Positions 38,146 through 47,550 of a DNA stretch of 64,000 nucleotides are shown here, piece after piece. The stretch's first letter is position 1; every line of letters starts with the position of its first letter. The stretch is from a virus. The position numbers and the translations under genes were made by a program. The notes under the pieces are model-generated. The model was not told the DNA's origin. It was given only the letters and a program-made list of their open reading frames with translations, and did no database searches. The stretch lies in the IMG/VR virus record IMGVR_UViG_3300032297_000368, positions 1 through 64,000 of that record; one strand, written 5' to 3'.

Positions 38146-39149
38146 AGTTTTATTTTTCTCATGGTGTCTATCATCAAAGATTCTATGTCTGTATTAGGTT
38201 TCCAACCCAATATTTCTTTTGCCTTGTCATAAGAACCTAAGGCAAACTTATTAACTTCTCGTTCTAATACTTCAGGCTTCAAAGTCTTCTCACCTTCATT
38301 CAGTACAGGATAACCTGACCAGAATTTGGTCGATGGATTAAATGTAGGTTTAATTGGTTCTTGAAATGCGGATTCAGCATAACCTATAATATCTCTAACT
38401 GAAGTTAATGTATTGGTGCATACATTAAAGATTTCATTCTTAGCTTCTTCTTTAGATAAGCATAACTCAATCAGATTAACTACATCATCAACGTGTACAT
38501 AATCTCGAACTTGTTTACCGTTTGAATAGAATACTGGATCTTTACCATTGATAATCGTCTTTGCGATATAGTTAATCAAAGGTGGAGATTCACGATGAAT
38601 GTCTTGTCTAGGACCAAATACATTGAAGAATCTTAGTGTAACGATATCCATGTCATAGTTCTTGATGTATGATTGAATAACTTCTTCCATCAACTTCTTA
38701 GATAATGGATAGAATAATCGAGGTGTTACTTCTATATCTTCATCGAATGGTGCATCGAGTCTGCTATTGTTTTCGTATATTGCTGAAGTACTTGCAACAA
38801 TAACTCTCTGGCCTCTAGACTTTCGAACTGCATCTAGTATCGATGCTGTACCTGCAACATTAACTTTGATACACTCGGCAGGATCACTTTCACATACAGG
38901 CAATGCTGTTATAGCTGCAAGGTGAATGACTACATCGATCTTATGTTTCTCTAAAATGAAAAACATCTTAGCACTTTCTAAGATATCATCTTGGTAGAAA
39001 TCACATATCATTTCACCATCTTCGATTAGGTTTGCTATGTAACCATTGTTGAGATTATCAACAACAACTGGAGTATGGCCATTATTTTTCAATAGTAGTG
39101 CTAGAGTAGAACCTATACCACCTGCACCACCAGTAATTAATATATTCAA
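38142..39149 (-). CDS. NAD-dependent nucleotide-sugar epimerase/dehydratase
   Basis: TGGAGGIG, HLAA, YxxSK, LRFFNVFGPRQ, RDYVHVDD. Confidence 0.92.
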   Translation of the reverse strand: MNILITGGAGGIGSTLALLLKNNGHTPVVVDNLNNGYIANLIEDGEMICDFYQDDILESAKMFFILEKHKIDVVIHLAAITALPVCESDPAECIKVNVAGTASILDAVRKSRGQRVIVASTSAIYENNSRLDAPFDEDIEVTPRLFYPLSKKLMEEVIQSYIKNYDMDIVTLRFFNVFGPRQDIHRESPPLINYIAKTIINGKDPVFYSNGKQVRDYVHVDDVVNLIELCLSKEEAKNEIFNVCTNTLTSVRDIIGYAESAFQEPIKPTFNPSTKFWSGYPVLNEGEKTLKPEVLEREVNKFALGSYDKAKEILGWKPNTDIESLMIDTMRKIKL

Positions 39150-40165
39150 ATCAAGTCCTTCAATTGGTCAGAATCACGAGGTATGTTTACTGCTACTGCT
39201 GTTGGGTATGGATTAGTTTTAGCGTAATCATTAATCAAGATACGTTTTGAATGATGTACTTCCATAATCAAATCACAATCGGCAAAACCTAAATCATCTA
39301 ATAGATTTCTAGTAATAGATTCATACTTTTTATTTCTTGCCGTACAGAAGATGATCTTACAACCTTCTTCTTTCTTTTGAATTAACTTCTGTACATTCTC
39401 CATGATTGGTTCATAATCATCATAGTAATCATTTTGAGTCTTGATTATTGTACCATCGATGTCGCAGAAATAAGTAGGTTTATCATTGAATTTAAACCAA
39501 TCATCGGCAGTACCAACATCAATAAAGTTTCTGGTATTTTGTTCTACGAATACACTGCCTGTAGATATCATGTAATCGATAATATTAGATACGAATATCT
39601 CACTCTTCCATGTAGATGTTAGTAATCTATAAGCACGAGCAAAATCAGCCGCAGACTTAAACTGATAACCACCTACACAAAAACTATCACTCACAATTTT
39701 CTTTTCAACTACTGAACTGATAATGTTTTGTTCATTAGTAATCGTATAACTTTTGGCTGGTGCGTTTCTTATATCAGGATTTTCAGATAACTTAGATACA
39801 TAGATGGCATTTCCTTCTACCAAATCTGTATCATAAAAACCATCACAGTCTTTAATTAATATCGGTGAATTCATATTGATTGCACCAGTCATCAACGTTT
39901 GATAAACTGTATCAGCAGGACCGGCAGTTGGTTGACCTAGAACAACAATACTAACCTTATCACCAAAAGCATCTTTCAATTTCTGTGAGGCCTTATACTT
40001 GTCATCATGCGCTCTCAGAATCGTAATAACAATCCTGTGTTTACCTAAGAAGTTTTTAATGGCATTTTCAATCATCATCTTACCCGAATAATCGGTAAGT
40101 AGATACTTTGGCCTCATATTCGGGAATCTGGTCGATAGACCAGCACATGGCATAATTATTTCCAT
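39146..40165 (-). CDS. sugar nucleotidyltransferase fused to HAD phosphatase
   Basis: PCAGLSTRF...PK, KDCD, DVGT; C-terminal CDIDGT, TAR, INDY. Confidence 0.85.
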   Translation of the reverse strand: MEIIMPCAGLSTRFPNMRPKYLLTDYSGKMMIENAIKNFLGKHRIVITILRAHDDKYKASQKLKDAFGDKVSIVVLGQPTAGPADTVYQTLMTGAINMNSPILIKDCDGFYDTDLVEGNAIYVSKLSENPDIRNAPAKSYTITNEQNIISSVVEKKIVSDSFCVGGYQFKSAADFARAYRLLTSTWKSEIFVSNIIDYMISTGSVFVEQNTRNFIDVGTADDWFKFNDKPTYFCDIDGTIIKTQNDYYDDYEPIMENVQKLIQKKEEGCKIIFCTARNKKYESITRNLLDDLGFADCDLIMEVHHSKRILINDYAKTNPYPTAVAVNIPRDSDQLKDLI

Positions 40166-40899
40166 AATTTCTTTATCTCATCTATCAAAAATTTTTCGTC
40201 AGTATCATTTCGTGTATATGGTAATACTCTCATCAACATCAAGATTAAAATATAATCATTATTAAAATGAGGATAATCTTGTAATCCATCAATTATAGAT
40301 TGTAGTTTAGAATCTAAGTAAACTGAATCATTACGTATGAACCATTTACATTGTAAGTCTTGTCTTAGTTTTGCTAAGTCGAAAACAAATGAACTATAAA
40401 CAGTTGTTAATGGATCAATTAAAACAAATTCATTCTTTTGTGTATTGTATAATACATTCTCTAGAGTAAAATCACCATGATACTCAGAATAAGGTAAATA
40501 CTCTGGTAACTTACCAATTAATTCTTCTGTAGTAAAAGGTAAGTTGTATTGTGTAAAATCTTTCTCTGCTAACTTAGTTCTATAAACATCAACAAAACTC
40601 ATCTCTATAGTCTTTTCAGATAGTTTGTCTATAGTTTCCCTAATGAATTTTATTATCTCATTAGTTTGATTAGTTGCAAGATAAGTTTTCATATCTAGAT
40701 TAGGAATATACTCCATATTATAATGAGTGTCAAGAACCTCATATATAATTGGTATTTTTATACCTAAATGTGACAATACATCATATCTCTCCAAATTGCG
40801 AGAAATATCTCCAGACTTACGGACAAATATTCCGTTGTCATCTACTAATTCAACTTCAGCTTTAGAGTATCCCATAAATTTTTTTAGTCTTTTTGCCAA
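40156..40899 (-). CDS. APH/choline-kinase-like sugar kinase
   Basis: MEYI, HGDFTLENVL, LIDP, DLAKL. Confidence 0.8.
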   Translation of the reverse strand: MAKRLKKFMGYSKAEVELVDDNGIFVRKSGDISRNLERYDVLSHLGIKIPIIYEVLDTHYNMEYIPNLDMKTYLATNQTNEIIKFIRETIDKLSEKTIEMSFVDVYRTKLAEKDFTQYNLPFTTEELIGKLPEYLPYSEYHGDFTLENVLYNTQKNEFVLIDPLTTVYSSFVFDLAKLRQDLQCKWFIRNDSVYLDSKLQSIIDGLQDYPHFNNDYILILMLMRVLPYTRNDTDEKFLIDEIKKLWK

Positions 40900-41594
40900 T
40901 TTTCAAAATCGTCCCGTATCAAAGAGTGCCATGTGCCGTTATGGGGACCTGGTGGAAAAGGATGATTTGGATTAAAATACACCAAGTTATGACCAACAAG
41001 ACCTTTTTCTTTCCAGTTGGCACTCATCATATCTTCACCGATCATTGTAACGCCATCATCGTAATGTCTATCAATGTTATTAAACGAATCTGCATAACTG
41101 TTCATATGTCGTGATGAAGAGAATGCAAATTGGTCATTACCAAAATCACGGTCAGGTGTCATTCGACAATTTGGTATATACAGTTTAGAATCATCTAGTG
41201 TTTCAAATGGTATGACAACATTCAAAGCAAAGTCATATCGACTGCGAACAACCCAATCAAAATACATTTTATGTTCATGTTCATACTCCATCTTCAACTC
41301 ATTAGCCTTCATCAAGGCATATTGTTGATTCCAAGTTGCACGTGCCGGATCTTTTACTTTCCAATTTGGTTGTGGAGGAGGAACTCTGGTGTATTTTGAT
41401 AGATCATTATCTAGCGATGCCTCAACAGCAAACTTTGCAGGTTTGTATAGTTCGAATATATCTTTGGCCTTTGGTGTTTGCCATACATGACAGAATACGG
41501 TAACATCATAACGATCTAATAAATTCTTTTTATGATATTCAAACCCTTGTTCGAAACACCTAGGTTGTCCTGATAAACATAATGCAATTTTCAT
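40884..41594 (-). CDS. putative glycosyltransferase
   Basis: KIALCLSGQPR, DWVVRSRYD, NDQFAF, GE motifs. Confidence 0.65.
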   Translation of the reverse strand: MKIALCLSGQPRCFEQGFEYHKKNLLDRYDVTVFCHVWQTPKAKDIFELYKPAKFAVEASLDNDLSKYTRVPPPQPNWKVKDPARATWNQQYALMKANELKMEYEHEHKMYFDWVVRSRYDFALNVVIPFETLDDSKLYIPNCRMTPDRDFGNDQFAFSSSRHMNSYADSFNNIDRHYDDGVTMIGEDMMSANWKEKGLVGHNLVYFNPNHPFPPGPHNGTWHSLIRDDFENWQKD

Positions 41595-42292
41595 TTGTAG
41601 AATCTTTCAAAAACTTCTTCATTAATTTTATAATTACGATCTGATGGTAAATTAGTCCTACACAAAGTATAGTAACTATTCACATCACTAAATTGCTCTT
41701 CTTGTGATATTAAATGTATCTCAGAAGGATCAATATACTGTATCAGTTTATTATATAGTCCATGTGTATCATGTGACATTGCAGAATCTCTATATGCACC
41801 GTAAGATTCGTGTAGAGATTTCTTCACAATACTGGTCATTCTTTGTGGCCACACATAAAAATTATCTGTAGTATATCTTAAATCATTCCAATGGTTTGAT
41901 TCTGGAAATAGAAAGTTAAATTTATTCACATCTATATTTTCATCTAACATAACTCTATTAAAGTGTATATCAGAACGAGTTAAGATAAACAAGTCTGCAT
42001 CTACAGTCTCTAATAAATCTAATGCGCCACTCTTTGTGGTGAATCCATCAGAGTTCTCAAACTTACAGTAATTAATCTCTTTAGGTTTTACTAAATCTAC
42101 TATATCGGCTTCTATCAAAGGATTAAATGATTTGTATGTTGAAAGATATAATTCAACTTCATGACCACTTTGTATGGCAGGATCAACTAAATTCTTTTTG
42201 ATATTTGGCCAACAATGACGAAGGTCTCTGAGACTGCCGAACTTGCCGCCAGTCCCGTAGATTATACCAAAAAGACAGATTGCTATTCTCAT
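41591..42292 (-). CDS. putative glycosyltransferase, paralogue of downstream gene
   Basis: RIAICLFG, DLFILTRSD, DNFY. Confidence 0.55.
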   Translation of the reverse strand: MRIAICLFGIIYGTGGKFGSLRDLRHCWPNIKKNLVDPAIQSGHEVELYLSTYKSFNPLIEADIVDLVKPKEINYCKFENSDGFTTKSGALDLLETVDADLFILTRSDIHFNRVMLDENIDVNKFNFLFPESNHWNDLRYTTDNFYVWPQRMTSIVKKSLHESYGAYRDSAMSHDTHGLYNKLIQYIDPSEIHLISQEEQFSDVNSYYTLCRTNLPSDRNYKINEEVFERFYK

Positions 42293-42858
42293 TTAACCCA
42301 ATACCAAACATCACATTCGGTGGTCAAGATTTCTTTACCCATCTTGGCAGCAAATTCTTTTACTGCCTTATTAACACCAGGTATTACAGTGAAATCATGT
42401 CCTGCAAATATACCACCATCTTTTACTTTTGAATAATAGTTTGCACAATCTATAGAGAGTTGCTCGTAAGTATGTAAACCATCAATAAAAATATAATCAA
42501 AAAAAGAATCATTTAAAAGTCCCACAGCCTCATCAGAAGTTTTTTTATAAAAATTAAATCTTTCACCAAAAGGTAATAGACGTTGCATTGCGGTATCAAA
42601 GACTTCATTTCGATTGTCTAAGTTTCTACCATTCCAATCAACATAAGTCATGTAAGGATCAATGACATGTAATGTTAATTGTGGTAAACTGGATAACATG
42701 AAGTGTGAAGTATCTCCTATATCACATCCAATTTCTAAACCAACAATTGATTCTCTATCTTTAACTAAGTCACGTAGTCCATAACCAGAACATTTCATCT
42801 CTGTTGCTGGTCGGCCAAATGCTTCATGCTCGGTGTTAATTGTAATTGTATCACTCAT
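42289..42858 (-). CDS. class I SAM-dependent methyltransferase (Methyltransf_24-like)
   Basis: LEIGC, IDP, IFIDGLHTYE, GGIFAGHDF. Confidence 0.88.
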   Translation of the reverse strand: MSDTITINTEHEAFGRPATEMKCSGYGLRDLVKDRESIVGLEIGCDIGDTSHFMLSSLPQLTLHVIDPYMTYVDWNGRNLDNRNEVFDTAMQRLLPFGERFNFYKKTSDEAVGLLNDSFFDYIFIDGLHTYEQLSIDCANYYSKVKDGGIFAGHDFTVIPGVNKAVKEFAAKMGKEILTTECDVWYWVK

Positions 42859-43693
42859 ATTTTGCCTCTATAATTTTTTTCCATTCAGGTACACGATCAT
42901 ATTGATGCACTATTACATATTCTTTTCCTTCAGATGTAACAACTTTATCGCCTTCTAATTTAGGAGTTGCCTCTACTAAGAAAGGTTTGAATTGTTCTAT
43001 CTTACTAGGATCAGCAGTAGTTCCTAATTGACATGCCCATCCATCTTCTGAAGTCATGTACATACTACTCTTCAAATAAGGATGTTGTGATATCAATACA
43101 TTAAATGTAGATTGATCTACAATAGGAATTGGACGATTGATTGATGATAAGAAGATGTTTAATGCTAAAGACTTCATAGCATAACCACGGCCTGCCAATA
43201 CACCAACGTTGAATATAACATTGTTCTTGAAGTGATCGTGAATCATAGGACCGAAAGTCTCTAATAGATTCTGATTGCCCCATGGTTCATCTTTGTAACG
43301 AATGCTTTCAGAAGAGAATACTAAGTCTTCAGATGAACCATCTGGTAGATGTTGTTCTAACCATTCAACAGGATTTTTCTGAAAGATAACGTCTTTAACA
43401 TCAGTGGTAATAACATACCGATAGTCTTGTGATTTTAATGTATTGTAGATGTGAATGAATCTTTCAACGTGTACCATCAATTGAGATTGATACACTAAGT
43501 TTCCATTATCATCTTGTTGAAATGCAATAACACTGAAACCAGCATTACTGACTTGTTGAACTGTTTCTTTATCACAATTCATAAGAATCAGGACTTTATC
43601 GCCTTCAAATCCTGATTTATTAATTGAATTAACCCAATACTTCAGTTTCGACCAATCATAGTTAGTCGAACATCCTATAATCAAATCCTTCAT
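42851..43693 (-). CDS. GT-A fold glycosyltransferase-like protein
   Basis: TDVKDVIFQ.NP, NVGV..G, DQ..FN, VHQYDR. Confidence 0.75.
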   Translation of the reverse strand: MKDLIIGCSTNYDWSKLKYWVNSINKSGFEGDKVLILMNCDKETVQQVSNAGFSVIAFQQDDNGNLVYQSQLMVHVERFIHIYNTLKSQDYRYVITTDVKDVIFQKNPVEWLEQHLPDGSSEDLVFSSESIRYKDEPWGNQNLLETFGPMIHDHFKNNVIFNVGVLAGRGYAMKSLALNIFLSSINRPIPIVDQSTFNVLISQHPYLKSSMYMTSEDGWACQLGTTADPSKIEQFKPFLVEATPKLEGDKVVTSEGKEYVIVHQYDRVPEWKKIIEAKYE

Positions 43694-43706
43694 AATAACT
43701 CCAATT

Positions 43707-44441
43707 TTAATTTACATATTTTCTAAATCTTTTGATACTTTGACCTGGTGTTCCTTTTATATAGTTATCTCGTAGCTCTGGTCTTCCATCTTCACCCGCA
43801 CCAGCCTTAGATACGAACTCTTGTTCTTCTTTAATAGTTCTAATAGAACCATTATGACTTGCTAGATATGCTGAAAACTGTACATCTGGAAATTCTTTCT
43901 TCATTGCCAACATTGCTGTCAAATTACTCATAGCATCATCAAACAAACGAACTCTACTAAATTTACCATACTTTAAATATTTACGTATGATCTTAACTTT
44001 GTTTTCTGCACTAGGGTTATTACCTAGATTACCTGCACGTTCAACATAAACTTTATCCATATCAACACCGTGTTGCCTGAATGTATCTAGGAACAAATGT
44101 TTATTGTCGAAATCGGAACGTGCTGTGATTATTATAACACGACTATTGGATTTATTCGAGACATTTTTTAAAATACTCTTCAACTTTGCCATCATTCGTG
44201 GTATAACTTTTGATTCTTTATTGAACTTCTCAGCATCTCTAAACTGACTGTAATCAAATGATTCGCCAGCTTTAAGTTTATATGTATTAAACTCTTGATT
44301 AGTCAATTCTTTAATGACTTTACCAGATTTAATAACGGCAATCTTTGCTGTTGTTTGGAATAAAGTCTCATCAATATCAAATATGGTAAGTCCACCACCT
44401 TCTTCGATAGACTCATTTAAAAATTGTGTGAAGTTTTTCAT
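43707..44441 (-). CDS. HAD phosphatase (Pnkp/RNA-repair HAD-like) with capsid-targeting-like N-terminus
   Basis: Start MKNFTQFLNE; IFDIDETLF, ITAR, K, LFDD motifs. Confidence 0.8.
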   Translation of the reverse strand: MKNFTQFLNESIEEGGGLTIFDIDETLFQTTAKIAVIKSGKVIKELTNQEFNTYKLKAGESFDYSQFRDAEKFNKESKVIPRMMAKLKSILKNVSNKSNSRVIIITARSDFDNKHLFLDTFRQHGVDMDKVYVERAGNLGNNPSAENKVKIIRKYLKYGKFSRVRLFDDAMSNLTAMLAMKKEFPDVQFSAYLASHNGSIRTIKEEQEFVSKAGAGEDGRPELRDNYIKGTPGQSIKRFRKYVN

Positions 44442-44446
44442 TTTTA

Positions 44447-44767
44447 TTATACTGTGAATGATGATCCACAACCGCAACTTGCTTTTGCGTTTGGATTATT
44501 TACTACGAATTGAGAAGATGTCATATCTTTTTTGAAGTCTATGGTTGCTTCATTTAAATATTGCATTGATATTGCATCTACTAAAACTTTAATGCCGTGT
44601 TGTTCAAATGATAGATCATCTTCTGAAGCCTGTTCTTCAATTGTAAACCCATATTGAAAACCAGAACAACCACCACCTTGAACAAATACACGCAATGAAC
44701 CTGGAGTATCTTCATCTTCTAAAATACTTTTTATTTGTTTTGCTGCCGATTCTGTAATCTGTATCAC
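44447..44767 (-). CDS. erpA: A-type Fe-S cluster carrier (ErpA/IscA family)
   Basis: GGGCSGFQYGF, NPNA...CGCGSSF. Confidence 0.9.
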   Translation of the reverse strand: MIQITESAAKQIKSILEDEDTPGSLRVFVQGGGCSGFQYGFTIEEQASEDDLSFEQHGIKVLVDAISMQYLNEATIDFKKDMTSSQFVVNNPNAKASCGCGSSFTV

Positions 44768-44768
44768 A

Positions 44769-45050
44769 TTAACCTCTCGTTAGATTCAATATCTTTTGTA
44801 TTTGAGTCTCTAATGTTTCTTTACGGTTTGGCCATTTAATGATTGGTTGATCTGCCGTCTTTAATAATTTAGTTAAGAAAGGCAATATTAATTTCTCGAC
44901 TTGTTGTAAACGTTCTTTATATTCTTCTGCCGTTTCTTCTTTCTCGGCAATTACATCTGTATATTCTTCTTCATCTATTGCTGTGAATCCGAAATCATCA
45001 TCAGCAAATTCATCAATAATTTTACTTAGGTCAAATTTCTTTTCAGCCAT
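44769..45050 (-). CDS. conserved hypothetical protein
   Basis: DDFGFT, ILPFL..L, I.WPNR. Confidence 0.7.
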   Translation of the reverse strand: MAEKKFDLSKIIDEFADDDFGFTAIDEEEYTDVIAEKEETAEEYKERLQQVEKLILPFLTKLLKTADQPIIKWPNRKETLETQIQKILNLTRG

Positions 45051-46276
45051 TATTTACTCCAATTCTTAGCAGCATTAAAGTTTGCTTGACTAAACTCTAA
45101 TCTATCTACAAGTTTTACCGCATTACCTTTAAGTCTATCAACAGCAACAAATCCTTCTGGTGCTGTAATTCTATAACCATCGTCTGTACGTATGAATGTA
45201 CCGATTGAACGAATGGTTTCTAATTTACGTACAATCAATAATTTACAATCAACTAAAAGATTCATCAGTTCAAAAATCTTTTGTAATTCGCCAGCAGAAC
45301 CACGGAAGAATCTCATCATCTCATTCTTCTCTGCAATTCTTTTCTTCTTAGTATCATCTCTCTTTGCTGCTTGTACTTCTTTATTTAACTTCTCTTCAAT
45401 CCATTTTATCAGTTCAACAGTGTGAGCTCTTGTATTGGTAATCTTCTGCCCTTGGCGTATCTTTGTGTTGTTGAATGTTTTAATGAAAGTTAGAATAGAA
45501 TCTACGGAAGATATTCTATTTAACACTATAGAATTAATACTTCTAAATGTTCTACCTGCTTCGGTTAATTTACTTGAAAGTATTTTAGTTTCAGTTTCGG
45601 TGAATGTTGCAGTACCTGAAGCATCAGTGAATGAAGCATCACGGAACCAAACATCTTTAGTTGTTGATAGATTACCAATATCGATGTTGAATGATGCCTT
45701 CATATCAGACATTGTTTTACCTGTGTATGAGGTATGAAACACTACACCAACATGTGCAGCCATCATTGTCTTTGCCAGTTTAGAATCTGAAGGCACAGCA
45801 TAAACAATTGTATTAGGTTGAAACACTATGTACTCTTCACCATCAATTATTTTTGTATCGATATCACCTTTACTAAACATCATATCACCTTGAAGGATGC
45901 CTTTGATGCCTAGTTTAGGTAGATAACGTAATGCCATTTTAAGTTTATTGTTAAGACCTTCAGAAGCATGATTGTTATCAATATCTTCTTCTGTATAATT
46001 TAATTTAGCATCTTTATTGAATACTGATTTAGTACCAACAAAAAACTTACCGTTTTCTGGATTGGTGCCAACAAAAATTGCTGGCGCACCGTCCCATTTA
46101 GTTGTGATATTAATCTTTGACTGTGCATGACCAGCAAGCATATCACGCAAACTTTGTAAGAAATTTATGGCACCTCGAGCACCAGCAACTCCGCCATTTA
46201 AGACTTCATCTTCTAGATGTTCGAGGTGTAAATTCTTACCTTGTTTATCTTCTGTTAAATATTCTATGAATTTCAT
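45050..46276 (-). CDS. conserved T4-like protein (DUF6267-like) with covalent nucleotidyltransferase/ligase motifs
   Basis: HLEHLED; KWDG (motif I), QGD (III), EGFV (IV), VKLVDR (V); N-terminus MKFIEYLTE. Confidence 0.7.
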   Translation of the reverse strand: MKFIEYLTEDKQGKNLHLEHLEDEVLNGGVAGARGAINFLQSLRDMLAGHAQSKINITTKWDGAPAIFVGTNPENGKFFVGTKSVFNKDAKLNYTEEDIDNNHASEGLNNKLKMALRYLPKLGIKGILQGDMMFSKGDIDTKIIDGEEYIVFQPNTIVYAVPSDSKLAKTMMAAHVGVVFHTSYTGKTMSDMKASFNIDIGNLSTTKDVWFRDASFTDASGTATFTETETKILSSKLTEAGRTFRSINSIVLNRISSVDSILTFIKTFNNTKIRQGQKITNTRAHTVELIKWIEEKLNKEVQAAKRDDTKKKRIAEKNEMMRFFRGSAGELQKIFELMNLLVDCKLLIVRKLETIRSIGTFIRTDDGYRITAPEGFVAVDRLKGNAVKLVDRLEFSQANFNAAKNWSK

Positions 46277-46278
46277 TT

Positions 46279-47505
46279 TTAGTATATCTTTACAAATGGT
46301 CCGTTAGTGTCTCTAAATTCTTTCTTTGCACCATAGTATAATGTTTTCAACCATTCAGCCATTAATCCTTTCTTCTCGATTAAAGCCCAAGCATATGCCC
46401 ATCTCATACATGTCAACTTTGATGATAATCTTCCACCAGCATACTTAGAACCCTCCTCTCGAATAGAATAATCTAATACATTAGCAAACGAACCAGTAGA
46501 AACTATTTTACCTTTATACACAACTTTCATTTCACCAAAATCTATACTCATACGATTGACTTTAAGTTTAGATAACTCTTTTTGAAAATCAATCCAATAT
46601 TTTTTAGTTTCTGTTGTCCATTTTCCTACAGGAGGAATATGAGGGTCTTTACCTGCATTAACTGGTCTAATTATTCCGAGTTTATTATAATATTTCGAAA
46701 AGAACTCATCAATGGCGTCAGCAGAAGCTTTACCAATTTTAGCACCAGCATCTTTTCCTGTAGGAGTTAAATCGGTCTGAACACCACCTCTAGGAGTTGA
46801 CATGTTAAAGTTTCTTGTTTGCCAATTAACAATTGTATCGTTCACTTTAAATTGTCCAGCAATTTCTCCATTATCTATCTCTGTTGGAGTTTTGTTATTT
46901 GTTCCGAAATTTGCATAACACTTCAAGGGGCCAACATTTTCAAATGTTAACTCTTTCTGTTTGCCTTTACCCATATTAGATAATTCTAAATCAGCTTTAG
47001 CTTTAGTTTTAGAAATAGCTTTAAGTGATACAGGAACTAAATCTTTAGTTTGTATTAATTCTCTCATGTACGCATTTAAAGAATAAAGATTGGCCATTTT
47101 ATCAGGATTTTTAGTGATTGAATCTAATTTTTTTCTTATTACATTTTCTTTTGTTTTTCTAACCATGTAAATATCAGCAGGATCCCAATTATCTTTTGTT
47201 GAAACGCCACATCTTTTTTTAGCAATATCTTCAATGAATGCCATAAAACCATCTCGTTCATCACGAGAATAGGAATATCCTTTATTACTATCGCCTAGAT
47301 AATTTTTTAGAGCAATACATTGTTTAGTGTATGTAGATAACCATATTTCTCTAAGTTTTACGTCTTTAGCTAATTGAGGATAAACTTGTACGATCTCAGA
47401 AAACAACTGAGATTCTGTAGGTGTTTTAACACTTTCAATCCATAATTTGAAAGCAACTTTAGAACCATTCTCTTGTTTAGCTGTCTCTATCGCATTGCCG
47501 GCCAT
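46279..47505 (-). CDS. putative PD-(D/E)xK restriction-like nuclease
   Basis: N-terminal QE, WDPADIY, VSLK catalytic-type motifs. Confidence 0.55.
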   Translation of the reverse strand: MAGNAIETAKQENGSKVAFKLWIESVKTPTESQLFSEIVQVYPQLAKDVKLREIWLSTYTKQCIALKNYLGDSNKGYSYSRDERDGFMAFIEDIAKKRCGVSTKDNWDPADIYMVRKTKENVIRKKLDSITKNPDKMANLYSLNAYMRELIQTKDLVPVSLKAISKTKAKADLELSNMGKGKQKELTFENVGPLKCYANFGTNNKTPTEIDNGEIAGQFKVNDTIVNWQTRNFNMSTPRGGVQTDLTPTGKDAGAKIGKASADAIDEFFSKYYNKLGIIRPVNAGKDPHIPPVGKWTTETKKYWIDFQKELSKLKVNRMSIDFGEMKVVYKGKIVSTGSFANVLDYSIREEGSKYAGGRLSSKLTCMRWAYAWALIEKKGLMAEWLKTLYYGAKKEFRDTNGPFVKIY

Positions 47506-47533
47506 TTATTACTCCGTTACTTGTTAATAGGAG

Positions 47534-47541
47534 TATTTATA
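47534..47541 (-). promoter_or_regulatory. T4-type late promoter TATAAATA
   Basis: Exact consensus upstream of the 47505 start. Confidence 0.7.
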
Positions 47542-47550
47542 TTAACACGG

